From Cetorhinus maximus (taxonomy: Eukaryota), in contig NC_135896.1 in assembly GCF_964194155.1 (NCBI RefSeq), forward strand, positions 96,162,001 to 96,226,000: a stretch of 64,000 nt of DNA, given 5' to 3'. Every line of letters begins with the position of its first letter. Position 1 is the stretch's first letter. The position numbers were made by a program, and so were the translations under genes. Under the pieces are notes generated by a model. The model saw only the letters and a program-made list of their open reading frames with translations, searched no databases and had not been told where the DNA came from. Below, piece by piece: positions 23,183-36,425 of the stretch.

Positions 23183-24752
23183 TTGACGTTTCGAGTCCTC
23201 ATGACCCTTCGGCAGAACTGAAGTATAGTTAGGAGAGAGGTGAAATATAAGCTGGTCTAAGGTGGGGGGCGAGGGGAGAGAGAAGTTGAGGGTGGGGTGG
23301 TTGTAGGGATAAGCAAGCAGTGATAGGAGCAGATAATCAAAAGATGTCACAGACAAAAGGATCAAAGAGGTGTTGAAGGTGGTGATATTATCTAAGAAAA
23401 GTGCTAATTAAGAATGGATGGCAGGACACTCAAGGTACAGCTCTAGTGGGGGTGGGGTGGAAAGACTAACAAAGTATTAGTTGTAGATTTAAAAATAATG
23501 GAAATAGGTGGGAAAAGAAGAATCTATATAAATTATTGAAAAAAAAGGGAGGGGGAAGAAACAGGGTGGGGATGGGGGGAGGGGGCGTTTAAGATCTAAA
23601 GTTGTTGAATTCAATATTCCCCCTTGTTCTCACTTATCACCCCACCAGCCTCCGCATTCAAAGGATCATCCTCCACCATTTCCGCCAACTCCAGCATGAT
23701 GCCACCACCAAACACATCTTCCCTTCACCCCCCCTGGCGGCATTCCGTAGGGATCGTTCCCTCCGGGACACCCTGGTCCACTCCTCCATCACGCCCTACT
23801 CCTCAACCCCCACCTATGGCACCTCCCCATGCCCACGCAGAAGATGCAACACCTGCCCCTTCACTTCCTCTCTCCTCACTGTCCAAGGGCCCAAACACTC
23901 CTTTCAAGTGAAGTAGCATTTCACTTGCATTTCCCCTAACTTAGTCTACTGCATTTGTTGCTCCCAATGCGGTCTCCTCTACATTGGAGAGACCAAACGC
24001 AAACTGGGCGACCACTTTGCAGAACACCTGCGGTCTGTCCGCAAGAAAGACCCAAACCTCCCTGTCGCTTGCCATTTTAACACTCCACTCTGTTCTCTTG
24101 CACACATGTCTGTCCTTGGCTTGCTGCATTGTTCCAGTGAAGCCCAACGCAAACTGGAGGAACAGCACCTCATCTTTCGACTAGGCACTTTACAGCCTTC
24201 CGGGCTGAATATTGAATTCAACAACTTTAGATCTTAAACTCCCCCTCCCCCCATCCCCACCCTGTTTCTTCCCCCTCCCTTTCTTTTCAATAATTTATAT
24301 AGATTCTTCTTTTCCCACCTATTTCCATTATTTTTAAATCTACAACCAATACCCTGTCAGTCTTTCCACCCCACCCCCACTAGAGCTGTACCTTGAGTGT
24401 CCTGCCATCCATTCTTAATTAACACTTTTCTTAGATAATATCACCACCTTCAACACCTCTTTGATCCTTTTGTCTGTGACGTCTTTTGATTATCTGCTCC
24501 TATCACTGCTTGCTTATCCCTACAACCACCCCACCCTCAACTTCTCTCCCCCCCCCCACCCCACTCACCTTAGACCAGCTTATATTTCACCTCTCTCCTA
24601 ACTATACTTCAGTTCTGCCGAAGGGTCATGAGGACTCGAAACGTCAACTGTTTTCTTCTCCACCGATGCTGCCAGACCTGCTGAGTTTTTCCAGGTAATT
24701 CTGTTTTTGTTTTGGATTTCCAGCATCCGCAGTAGCTTTTAGCTTTTTGTTT
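23183..24752 (+). mobile_element. Penelope-like retroelement: GIY-YIG endonuclease 3' portion with inverted pseudo-LTR
   Basis: Frame 23620-24237 reads PLVLTYHP...CPRRRCNTC...NLVYCICCSQCGLLYIGETKRKLGDHFAEH...HFN...GLNIEFNNFRS* (one internal TAG at 23914). Inverted arms 23182-23619 / 24207-24648. 13 bp TSD TAATACAATTGGG at 23170-23182 and 24753-24765. Confidence 0.93.
24610..24650 (+). ncRNA. Minimal type I hammerhead ribozyme motif (GUC site, core variant CUGCCGA); mirror copy on minus strand at 23182-23220
   Basis: CAGTT CTGCCGA A GGGTC ATGAG GACTC GAA ACGT C AACTG: stem I CAGTT/AACTG, stem II GGGTC/GACTC, palindromic ACGT in place of stem III. Activity untested. Confidence 0.7.
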
Positions 24753-26005
24753 TAATACAATTGGGCTTGTTTCTTTATTTTCTTTCAATTAAATAGTATC
24801 CATTGATATGTATATAAGTGGCAACCTGGTACAGTTTTATTAATATAGCTGGAATGAATTTATCACTAAAGATAAGAATTTTTAATAAGAGCGTCAAGTT
24901 TTCCACTTGTAGGTTACTTGATTTCAAATCACTAAAAATGTCTCAAAGATATCTGGTGTCGTATTGGGTATCGTATCCCTCCCAACCCCCTCCGAAGATA
25001 GCACTAAGTCAGAGGACAGAGGGTCCCAAGTTTGGTCCATGGAACATACTGAGTTAGTTCATCTCAACCTGTGCATCAATTCCAGTGTTATAGGGTCAGG
25101 AGGGAAACAGTCAGCCAGGATTTCAATTCCTCTTGGGAAAAATGTACACATCCTGGCGTTAGGTAAAGACAGGATTAGGTTTGGCAGTGATTATCTCTGA
25201 CACTTAATTTCTCGGCTCACAACACTCAATGACCTTAAATATAAAGAAAGTAGAAAACTCAGAGTGGTGGGGGTGGGTGGGGAGCTGAATGGAAATAAAC
25301 AAACCGATCTTATTTTGGTGAAAAACAGAAATTTGCAGAATTGCGAGAGTAACTTAGTTTTTTCAAATTTCTCCCTTTTCACCCAAAAGATAAAGAGTAG
25401 TTCTAGGTACAGTTATACTGGTGATTGCACCCACTGGCCTTTCTTGTGTGTCTGATAAGACACCAGTCTTAGCAGATAATTCAGCATGAGTAAACTTACA
25501 GTTAAACCCTGATTATGTCCTCACATTCTCCAGCAGCGGTCACTAAAGGGCAAAACAAGAAGTGATTCCAGAGAATATTACCAATTGTACGCAACTAAGT
25601 GGGAGGTCTTGTGGCTCAATGGTTAGATCTCTCCTTACCCCTAAGCCAGTGGTTCCTGACTCAAGTCCTACTCCAGGACTTGCTGGCTGTGGAAGGAGTG
25701 TTCATGATGTTGCCAAACAGGTTGGGTCAGATCTTCTGATGCCAACAGTGGTGAATGTTGAGATGTCTGCTGGTGTTGTGCTTTAGGACCTATCAGAAGT
25801 CATGATATGTGTACAAGTTGCCTGGGAAGTTTAAACCCCTGACAGGTACTGTCCAGAACCCTCCACAAACGTCTCTTACACTGAGATCAGTGTCGGAGAC
25901 TTGGGCTAGATACAATCTACTTACCCTGGAATCGTTACACTGTTTGCCTCTGGTGTAATTCAGTAATTTAACAGTGTGACCTGACTGCCTCACTTAGACA
26001 CTTAC

Positions 26006-26135
26006 CTGCATCAGATTTGCACCTGATGATGAAAAAGAGGGGGGGGGTGTCCTCTGCACTGCGCCTCTTCGCCAGTGTTCGCTGTGAATGGCTGGATTAA
26101 AGTATCGCTGCTGCAGCGAGGACAGGAAGACCCGA
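26006..26135 (-). other. Candidate non-coding 5' UTR exon of CHRM5
   Basis: Consensus minus-strand donor CAG|GTAAGT (intron starts 26005) and acceptor tcttcttgcatccttccAG at 26136-26137, in CpG-enriched sequence that does not look repetitive. Confidence 0.5.
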
Positions 26136-27249
26136 CTGGAAGGATGCAAGAAGACTGGGGCGCAGCAATCTTCACAGTCAGCAGCGGCCACCCCAGCATT
26201 GCTGAAACGATCTGGGCTGCTGCTAGTCCTTTCAACATTCCCCTTGGCAGTGAGAGCACATTGGTCATGCTTCATGTAGAACGGCACCCATCAAACTCTA
26301 ACCACTTGTCCCTCTCTAATAGAGAGGATGGCCTACAGTCCCATAGAGACAATGACTAACGCTGGACACAACTAAGCTCAACAAACTTAAGGTTTTGCAC
26401 TTGGCCTCCTATAATGGATAAATACCATATCACAAATTACATTCATCCACTGAGAAGCAAAGCTGTAAAATAAATATACTTTAAGGTATGGATAAACTGT
26501 GAGGGACTCACATCGTAAAATGATTGAATAGAATTCATTAAATCCAAACTTGACCATTAAAAATTCTTTAAAATGATAAACTATCATTTGACCATAAAGT
26601 GTTAATTTGAAGGGTTGGTATATATTTATTTAAAGGTAGTTTAAGGTACTCTGAATATTCTGCAGGATACACTTAAAATTCTAGGTTTGGTGTTTAGAAA
26701 GGCTCCTGTATCTCATGTTTCTCCAGATCAGCTGGGGTGCCAGACATGATAATTAATTAATGTTATCAAAGACTATGGGATACATAACATAGGAAAATGG
26801 AGCAGGTTGCAAGTTACTGGGAACCTACAGCTGCAGTCTGCTTAATTGGCACAATTGCTGTTCTACTTGAATTTTTTTTCAAATGGCAGCTTTTTATTTT
26901 TGCAACCAACAGTAATAACACAACACATCGCTTTCTTGTCAAAGCAATAATTCAACTGTGTACAGGTATTACATTTGTATATTCAACAATAAGGTAACAT
27001 TCTTCCCATTTTGATTATTAATGTGATGAAGAGAGCTATATGGTCCCAAAATCAAATATAGACAGCTCGTGTTTCAGGAACATAAGGAGGTGGACTAGGC
27101 CATTACTCCCTTGAGCCAGCTCCGCCATTCAATTAGATTATGGCTGAACTGTTTCTCAGCTCCGTTTATCCGACTTTAATCCATATTACTCGATACCCTT
27201 CCCGATTAAAAACTTGTTGACTGATGATGAAGAAGAGCATATGGCTTTT

Positions 27250-27665
27250 ATAACTGCTTGATTGACACCCCATGCACAAACATTCACTCCCCCCACCACC
27301 GACGCACATTGGCAGCAGTATGTACAGTCTACAAGATGCACTGCAGGAACTCACCAAGGCACCTCCCAAACTCACGACCACTACCACCTAGATGGACAAG
27401 GGCAACAGGCACACACTGCCACCTGGAAGTTCCCCTCCAAGCCACTCACCACCCTGATTTGGAAATATATCGCTGTTCCTTCATTGTCGCTGGGTCAAAA
27501 TTCTGGAACTCCCTCCCTAACAGCACTGTGGGTGTACCTACACCGCATGAAATTGCAGCGGTTCAAGAAGGCAGCTCACCACCACCTTCGCAAGGGTAAT
27601 TAGGGATGTGCAATAAAAGCTGACCTAACCAGCGAAGCCCACATCCTGTGAATGAATTTTTAAAA
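27250..27665 (+). mobile_element. CR1-like LINE family B 3' end
   Basis: TNIHSPHHRRTLAAVCTVYKMHCRNSPR and a 3' UTR as in 59620-60040. Confidence 0.85.
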
Positions 27666-27905
27666 ATTCAGAATTCTCAGAACAGGTGCAATAGATCACC
27701 TCAGCCCTCAGCACAGTAGATATTGGAAAATCGCAATAAATCAAAGTTCATGCCTAGAAACGAACTGGCCTGATTTCCCAACCATTAAATAAGAAAAGCT
27801 AATTCTAATGAACCAGAAAAAGTGTCCCCTCCACACTGTGCACACCTTACTTACATCTCACAATTGCATACAGAGATATAATTGGTTCATCTCACTTGGC
27901 ATATT

Positions 27906-28948
27906 GGGCAGAATTTTACTGGTTGGATGGTAATGCCTATTGCCCACACGCACTGGCAGCAGGTGGGGCCTACCGCCAGAGGTGTACAGGCAGCAGCCAA
28001 TTAAGTTCTTGCTGCCAGGGCTGCTGTTCTCCTCAAGACGGCAAACCGCCCCCGGGAGCTATCGGCCCAATCAGAGGGCTGGCATCTCAACAGCCAGGAG
28101 CACCCCCCGGAGCGGGCAACATTTGTGGCTCACTTGCCTCTGAGTTAGAAGGTTCTGGGTTCAAAGGCTGACATACTTATGCGGTATGGAAAGAGTGCTG
28201 TACTTGTTGAAGCTGTCATCTCAGATAGTTGTGAAAGATACCATGGTGCTATTTTGGAGTTTTGAAGAAGGTAGGGGCACTATCCCTGGTGTCCTGGACT
28301 ATTTTTCGTTTGCAGATATGTTAGCGTAGTGGTTATGTTATTGGACTAGTAGTCCGGAAACCAGGACTAATGATCTGGAGAGAGGAGTTTAAATCCTGTC
28401 TGAGCACAGCTGGAGTTGAAAAGGCTCCTGGTAACCACTGGTAATCAAAGAATACAAAGATAAAATACTGCTGATTCTGGAAATCTGAAATAAAAACAGA
28501 AACAGCTGGAAAAACCCCATCAGGTCAGACAACATCTGTAGAGGTGGAAGCTGCCTTCAGCTGTTAGGATAAATGAAATAAAACTTGTAAAAACTGTTTA
28601 CAGCTGGACCCCCTTTGATATAAAAGTTCTTCCACCCGGGCTGCAGCTGGGAGGCCCCCATTTAGCTGGTGGTCTACACCCATGTGACGGCAGATCAATT
28701 CACAGTTGGCAAAATGCCAATGGCCTGGTAAACTGACCCTTAATAGGGCTTTCACATATTTAGCTTGGTTGCCTGGCTCCTTGTTGCCGGGCAGCCTGCC
28801 CGATTCAGGTCTCGCCATCAGTAAAATTGCTCGATGGCACCACAAGGTCAGGGAGCCAATCCGCCACAGTTCACCGTGATTTTACCCCCACCCCTCCTCC
28901 CCACCACACCTCCGTTCCCGCCTCCTGGGAGCTGGCAAAATTCTACCC
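27906..28948. mobile_element. MITE (PIF/Harbinger-like) with nested SINE and Penelope-derived fragments
   Basis: TIRs GGGCAGAATTTT (27906) and AAAATTCTACCC (ends 28948); 3 bp TSD ATT on both sides. Confidence 0.65.
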
Positions 28949-30076
28949 ATTGTGTCCAATTTTAGGCTCCACGCTTTAGGAAGGATGTGAAGGCATTGGA
29001 GAGACCAAAAGGCAGGGGAATGGGATTAGCCAAGTAGGTCTTACAGAGAGCCAGCACAGAAGTGATGGGCCAAATGGGCTCATTCCGTGCTGCAACCATT
29101 CTGTGATTTAATACTATATAAATTCTCCATTATCTATATGTTGGTGCTTGTCTCTGACATTGTTATGAATAGTAGGAAAGAATGAAAAATAAACTTTTTA
29201 GCAGAGCTGACAGCTGAATTGAATTCAAAACTTGAAGTAGCTCGAACGAAGTGACTCTGATTAACTTAAGAACTCTGATCATTTCATGTCCAGGTTAGTC
29301 TGTGATGCATTCATGTAAGATATTAAATGTGTTTGTCCCATGATTAGTTTTAATTCACCCTTGACTGCCATCTGTCATTAAAGTCATAACATCCAATGTA
29401 AGCATTTTCTTTTTTGCAAAATAACAAGGTAATAACAAAATAATAAGGGGAAATATTCATTCTTTGTCCAGCAGCTTTTTAGAGACTCTCCCCTCAATTT
29501 TGGAGCACAAACTGATCCTAGAATGCTATGTTGATGTTAATGAGTAGCTCCATTTCGTCAATGGTGATCTTGGTCAGCAATTGGAAAATGATCCACCATG
29601 CAACAATCTTGCTACGTCATTACATTTCTTCTTGAATTGGTAAGAGATTAGTACCCATGACTTTCCACATGATAACATCTTGATCTTGCCTGGGTTATTA
29701 AAATTACATCTCTTTGTTACTTCCCTGCACTTAAGAGGGTGAAACAATATCATCATGAAGAACTGCGAGATGTGTCACCTGGGGTGGATTAGCTGGGGGT
29801 TATTTGACAGCAGTGTGGACAAAGGCATGGGAAAACTTTTTTTTTCCTCACCCATGCCTATTTTGGAAGTTATGGGGAATAGGATGGATGAGGTGGGCAG
29901 TAAGGAATGATTTTAAAAAGAATCAGATTTGTCCCTGAGGAACACAGGAAGGATTGGAGCCTGAAAGGCACAGATTTGAACATACTTTGTTTTCCTCACA
30001 GTTCCAATCTTATTAGATGGATGTCTAGTGGTCACAAGTGCTATGATAAAAATGGCCATTACTCGATTTAGCCAAA

Positions 30077-30160
30077 TGGCTGCTCAACCTCCTATGTGGC
30101 TACTCAACCTCCTATGTGGCTACTCAACCTCCTATGTGGCTACTCAACCTCCTATGTGGC
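30077..30160. repeat. 20 bp minisatellite (TGGCTACTCAACCTCCTATG) x about 4
   Basis: Directly visible head-to-tail copies, no spacers. Confidence 0.95.
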
Positions 30161-31203
30161 CATCGCAATCGTGCACAGGGTGAGCACAAAACCTTCTATT
30201 TTGAGAAAGCAAATCTTTCCCCATGGGAGAGGTGGGACTCTCATCTTCCACAACAAATGTGGACAAAATGCTTTTATGGGATTGTTGACGATGTTGATAG
30301 AAACAGCAACAAAAGCAACTGCATTTACAAAGTACCTTCGAGATAGAAAATCTTACCAAAGCACTTTGCAGAGGCATTATCAAAAAGATGAATGCTGAGG
30401 CAAAGAAGGAGATATTAGAATGGTCAAGGAGGTGACCTGTAGGTAAGGCATTAAAGGAAGAGAGAGAGAGATGCAGGGATTTTGGGAAATAAATGTGAGA
30501 ATATCGGGCCTCCGTGTCTGACTGCCAATGGTAGTGAGAGGGGAGGGAGGATGCACCAAAGTCCATACGAACAGATAAAGAACAGGCTGTGAGCTTGGAG
30601 AGTATTAGGTTATTTGGTCACTCTTCCTATCAGTCCACCAGCCTATCTTCCCCACCCATTTTATTTCCTATGGGGACACCCAGACCAATTGAAGGCAGAA
30701 AGGACGGCAGTCACTTCAAATCTAAATCTTCCAAGTTTTTGTTTGTCTCGTTTTGAGAAAAACAAAACACTCTTAACATTTGATAATGTCCATGATAACC
30801 TCTGCTTATGAGCGATTTTTTTTGTAATACAACCTTTGTGTGCACAATGTAGATAATTTAACTAGAAACTCCAATTATATTGTTCTACAAACCTTTGCAC
30901 AAACAAAACACAGCATGACTGAATGTGGATTTATGTCAATTTAAAAAAAAATAAAAGCAGGTGCAAAGGGAAACAGAAAAAATAATCTTCGTTCAATGCA
31001 GTTTTACAAATACAAATGTTTAAAGTAATCATAATGACACTTTCAAAAGAATCCTAGTGTTTGTGATACCGAATTTTCCTTAATGCTAACGCTTATAAAA
31101 TCATGATATACAGGCAGAACTAGTTAAATCTCAAGGGTGAAATTTGCTCAGTTTTTATTTTAAAATACACTCTAGTTTGCTGGTGCTGCCTGTTCTTATG
31201 GGC

Positions 31204-31490
31204 TGTTGGAGTCTCTGGATCTGTATGGTAAGTGTAGTATAAGGGTCTGGCACATATAGGGTTAATGGGGGAATGAGTACAGTAGCCCCCACACAGTGAT
31301 GTAAGAAGGCACATGACCGAGACCCAGGGGTCAGAATGGTGTTGTACGGAGGCATGTGTAGACCTAAGCACAGGGACAGCTCCTAGCTTGTATCCTTTAC
31401 TGTACATGTGTAAATAGTTCTAGTGGTTAATAAAGACTTGCAGTTGACGTATATATGACTACAGAGGCTTCTTTAAGACATACCAACCTG
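31204..31490 (+). mobile_element. Possible solo LTR
   Basis: Begins TGTTGG, ends near CCAAC, AATAAA about 60 bp before the end; no TSD found. Confidence 0.3.
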
Positions 31491-32864
31491 TAACCAACAC
31501 CCTCTACCCTCCCACCCTTGGCTTTGCTTTTGTGTTTGTGCTATCTGGCCATTTCTGCTAATACCTTGCATTGTGTTGCTGGTAGCTTGTGGATCTATGT
31601 GCTGCAATGATCTCTCTCTGCTGATTAGGTGTTGCCTGTGGCTCTATCTCTCCTTCTGTGCTGTAAATTTTCCTCCCCCTATTTCGTGGGGTCACTGGTG
31701 GCTGTCACTGTGAATAAGTTAGTGGAGTGTAGCATCCCTGATATTCCTGCTTGTTTATCTCTGCTGAACCCTCCTGTGTTTATGATGGCTGCTGGGTCGA
31801 TCTCCATCTTTTTCTTATGTGCTTTGTTGATCTGTCCCTGTGTTTAATGCATTGCTGATTGGCTCTGGTCTGAATTCAATGCCATTTTCAGCACTGCTGA
31901 GTCCTGAAATCAGGGCTGGCTGTATTTTTTTTTACTGATCGACCAATTTAGACAGAAATCATTTCCACATCAAAATTAATGTGTATAAACTCACAATCAC
32001 AATTTGACTGTCCTATTGATCTGCATGTTCAATTCCCATCCACCAGACTGATATATATAGATGAGAGCCAGTGGCAGTTTTCAGAATATATAATCACAAT
32101 GCACAAGGGATACAAGTATAAGGGGGAAGTCCTTTCTCAGAATCAGCTGAGACCTTTAGCAGTGAGGCGGTTTTGAGCCTGAAGACTGTTGCAAGCTCCA
32201 TCAAGCACAGACTGCAGCCAAGAACAATATTTTGGAGCAATTTTCTTTTGACCCTAGACAGGAACGTGCTTGCTTCGGATTTTGAGCACCAGGAGATATA
32301 GTCCCAACCCGCCACAGAGATCAGCTTCCCAGTGGGTCTGCCCCAATATGCCATCATCTCGGAGGCAGAGTCAAAGCAGAAGATGGAAGAAAGGAGATTG
32401 AGATAATAACCCCCTGTCCCCAAAGATTACACAAGCCAGTACTGCAGACCTGTCTAGTAAAAGATTTCCTCTTTTACCAGAGAGGCAATGAAGATGTGCA
32501 GCAGTCCACTCCTCAGTCAGCTCTGTATGCGGCAGTGATGGACACAGCCACACAACATTTACGACTTTAGGGCACATTTCAGACAACCATGGGGGTCTGT
32601 GTAACATCACTCAGGGTGCCATCCAGGCTTATATTTGTCAGGCGACCAATGCGCTTTTCTACAGAACTGTATGACTGATCCAATTTGGCATCACAGCAAG
32701 TCAGCAGCAAGATAGGACCATCCACATTAATAACATTGCTGCGTCCCAAGGTCCAAGACGCAATACATGGCATTTGTACTAAGCCCTTCTATGTTTAGCA
32801 ATTACTATTGGCTCACCTCCATCTGGGTCTCTATGCTGATCTCTCCCTCTACTTCAATGACAGC

Positions 32865-33265
32865 CTTAGTTCAGTCAATAGTATTCCTGCCTCAGATGGA
32901 TCAGAAAGTCATGGGTTCAAGTCCCACTCCAGGGAATTGACTGTTCTGTTAGAAGCATTGTTTTGTGGATGAGACATTAAGTTGAGATCCCTCGCATATG
33001 AATATAAAATATCTCATGACATTAACTAAAGAACAGGGGAATTCTCCAGTGTGCTGGTTAATGTTTATCGCTCAAACAACACCACAATAAAAATGATTAC
33101 TTGGTACGTCATTGCTATTTGTATGCTGTTATTGTGTGTAAATTGATTGCTATGTTGCCTAAACCACAACAGTAACTGCATTCCAAAAAAGTACCTCATT
33201 GACTGGGAAGCGTTTGGGATGTTCAGAAATCAGGAACGGGGCGAAATAAAAACAAGATTTTTTTC
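32865..33265 (+). mobile_element. Deu-domain-type SINE, degenerate
   Basis: tRNA-like head (gggttcaagtcccactccag) and L2-like tail (gaagcgtttgggatg). Confidence 0.55.
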
Positions 33266-33968
33266 TTTCTTTGCTGCTGTCAATTTTGTGTTTGAAGTTG
33301 CTGTGGTTACAGTTGCATGTGCGTCTCTGTATTAATCCTGCCTGTGTTTATGTTACTGCCATGTGTGTCTGTGCTGTAAGGATACTTGCTCTGTGTATGG
33401 GCACTTTAGTATCGGTATCTCTGTTCTGTCTGTGATTGATTTGAGCTCTATGTGCATCTGTGTCACTGTGCGGTACTGATTCCTCCAATGTCTAGTGGCT
33501 ATCGTTGCCTAACTCCACCTGTAGTACTGATTCTTGTTGTATGGTTTCTTCTAAAGTTATCTCTATCTGTGCTTCTGTATCAATCTCTCCTATGTTTAGG
33601 GTTGTCTCTGGCTCTAACTGTATCGGTATTCCCAAATTATTTCCTCCTCCATTTAGGGATTACTACAGGTTTTATCTCCTTCTGTACCTCTGCTGTTTTC
33701 TCATGTGTTTAAGAATTCCCACTGTCATTATCACTATCTTCTGCATTTGTGGGCTTGCTGTTGTCTCTATCTGTGTTTGCATGCTTGCACTTCCCTGTGT
33801 TTGAAGTTGCTGCTTTAACTTTATTTGTGTATCTACTTGATCCCTGCTGTTACCCTTCACTGGTAACCCTACCTCCATCTGTATCTATATACAGTTTTGG
33901 CTGTGTTTATGAACTGCTGCTAGCTCTTTCCCTATCTGTGGCTCTATTAATCTGTCCTGTGTTTAAGG

Positions 33969-34284
33969 GACAGGGAGATCTTCTGGTGCAGTGGGTAACA
34001 TCCCTACCACTGGACCAGAAGCTCTGGGTTCAAGTGCCACTTCAGGACTTGATGGCCATGGAAGCTGTGTTCATAACTTGGCCAACAGGTTGATTGTCAG
34101 CCTGTAAATCCTTCCAATACGCCTGATGGCAGGTGGTAAGAGTGGGAGAGTTTCCAGATTAGCCATACTTCAGAAGACAACAGCAAACCACTGCAGCACT
34201 TTGCTAAGTATAATCATGGACTGATCCAATGGAAGTCCATGGGTGCCAATGCCCTCTTAGGGCATGGTACCTGGAGGAGGAGGA
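33969..34284 (+). mobile_element. Full-length tRNA-derived SINE (distinct family)
   Basis: A box tggtgcagtgg, B box gggttcaagtgcc, (GGA)n tail, 10 bp TSD GTGTTTAAGG at 33959-33968 and 34285-34294; partial relatives near 25600-25750 and 44036-44215. Confidence 0.8.
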
Positions 34285-34549
34285 GTGTTTAAGGTTAGCT
34301 GCTGACTCTCTAACTGTGTGAATGTACTGAAATCTGTCTTTGGCTGTCTCCTTGCTCTCCTGGAATTAAGAGTTGCTGTGGTACTGTCTCTGTATCACTG
34401 TGCTGGTTACTGTGTTTGGGGTTGTTACTAACTCTATCTGGATCTCTGTGCTGATCACTTGTTGCCCTTTCTATCACTCTACCTGGTTCTAATTATTCAA
34501 GGTTAAAAGGGATGCTGTTGACTTTCACTCAATCTGTATCTCTGTCTAA

Positions 34550-35000
34550 CAGCATAGGAACAGGAGGATGCCATTCAGTCCCTTGAGCCTTTTCCACCAC
34601 TCAATTAGATCATAGCTTATCTGTATCTTAATTTACATATCCATCTTAGTTTTGTAATCCTTAATAGCCACGTTTAGCAAAAATATATCACTCAAGTTTT
34701 GAATTTTTCAATTGACATGGGCTCGAGATTTTAAGGGGAAGAGTTCCAGGTTTCCAATGCCCTATGCTTCCCAACATTACCCAGAATGGTTGGGTTTGTA
34801 TTTGAAACTTATGACTCCTTGTTCTGGATTTCCATATCAGAGGAGGTAGTTCCTCTCTATCTACCCAAACAAACGTTTTAATCATCTGAAAAATCTCGGT
34901 TAGATCACCCACTTAATCCTCTATACTCAAAGAAAAACAAGCTTCATCTATGAAACCTGTGCTCATAAATGAAACATTTTAAACTCCGTGTCATTCCAGA
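34550..35000 (-). mobile_element. Old CR1 3' fragment
   Basis: Minus ORF MGDLTEIFQMIKTFVWVDREELPPL resembles the CR1 ORF2 end. Confidence 0.65.
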
Positions 35001-35013
35001 TTGTAGTAGTAGG

Positions 35014-36425
35014 GTAGTAGGGATAAACCAGATAATTACAGGCCAATGAGTCTAACATCAGTGGTAGGGAAACTATTAGAAAAAATTCTGCGGGACAGGA
35101 TTAATCTCCACTTGGAGAGGCAGGGATTAATCAGGGATAGTCAGCATGGCTTTGTCAGGGGGAGATCATGTCTAACAAATTTGATTGAATTTTTCGAGGA
35201 GGTGACTAGTTGTGTAGATGAGGGTAGTGTAGCTGATGTAGTTTACATAGACTTCAGTAAGGCTTTTGACAAGGTCTCGCATGGGAGAATGGTCAAGAAG
35301 GTAAAAGCCCATGGGATCCAGGGCAATTTGGATCCAAAATTGGCTTAGAGGCAGAAGGCAGAGGGTGATGGTTGAAAGTTGTTTCTGTGATTGGAAGCCT
35401 GTGACGAGTGGTGTACCGCAGGGATCGGTGCTGGGACCCTTGTTGTTTGTAGTGTACATTAATGATTTAGCCGTGAATATAGGAGGTATGATCAATAAGC
35501 TCGCAGGTGAAACAAAAATTGGTGGTGTCGTAAATAGTGAGGAGGAAAGCCTTAGATTACAGGACAATATAGCTGGGCTGGTAAGATAGGCAGAGCAGTG
35601 GCAAATGGAATTTAATCCTGACAAGTGTGAGGTGATGCAACTTGGAAGGACTAACAGGGCAAGGGAGTACACAATGAATGGTAGGGCCCTAGGAAGTATA
35701 GAAGATCAGAGGGACCTTGGTGTATATGTCCATAGATCCCTGAAGGCAGAAGCACATGTAGTGATGATGATGATACATGATGGTTAAGAAGGCATATGGG
35801 ATACTTGCCTTTATTAGCCGAGGCATAGAGTATAAGAGCAGGGAGGTTATGTTGGAGCTGTATAAAACGCTAGTTAGGCCACAACAGGAGTACTGTGTGC
35901 AGTTCTGGTTGCCTCACTATAGGAAGAATGTGATTGCACTGGAGAGGATGTGGAGGAGATTCACCAGGATGTTGCCTGGGCTGGAGAGTTTCAGCTATGA
36001 AGAAAGACTGGATAGGTTAGAGTTGTTTTCCTTAAAGTAGAGAAGGTTGAGGGGGGACCTGATAGAGGTAAACAAAATTATGAGGGGCATACATAGGGTG
36101 GATAGGAAGAAACTTATCCCCTAAGCAGAGGTGTCACTAACCAAGGGGCATAGATTTAAGGTAAGGGGCAGGAGGTTTAGAGGAGATTTGAGGAAAAGAT
36201 TTTTCACCCAGAGGGTGGTTGGAATCTTGGAACACACTGCCTGAGGGGGTGGTATAGGCAGGAACCCCCACAACATTTAAGAAATATTTAAATGAATACT
36301 TGAAACCATGAGCATACAGGGCTACGGGCCAAGTGGTGGAAAATGGGATTAGAAAAGATAGGTGCTTGATGGCCGACACGGACACGATGGGCCGAAGGGC
36401 CTGTTTCTGTGCTGTATAACTCTAT
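35014..36425 (+). mobile_element. CR1 LINE, 5'-truncated RT region with frameshifts
   Basis: SLTSVVGKLLE, QHGF, DFSKAFDKV, GVPQGSVLGP motifs and 3' UTR; same family as 16135-18127. Confidence 0.93.

Noticed and set aside
26170-26200. REST/NRSE site near the candidate CHRM5 exon
   Set aside because: Only a partial tcagca match; the GGACAG half-site is absent.
30077-30160. Possible CRISPR-like array
   Set aside because: Head-to-tail repeats without spacers, no cas genes, vertebrate context.
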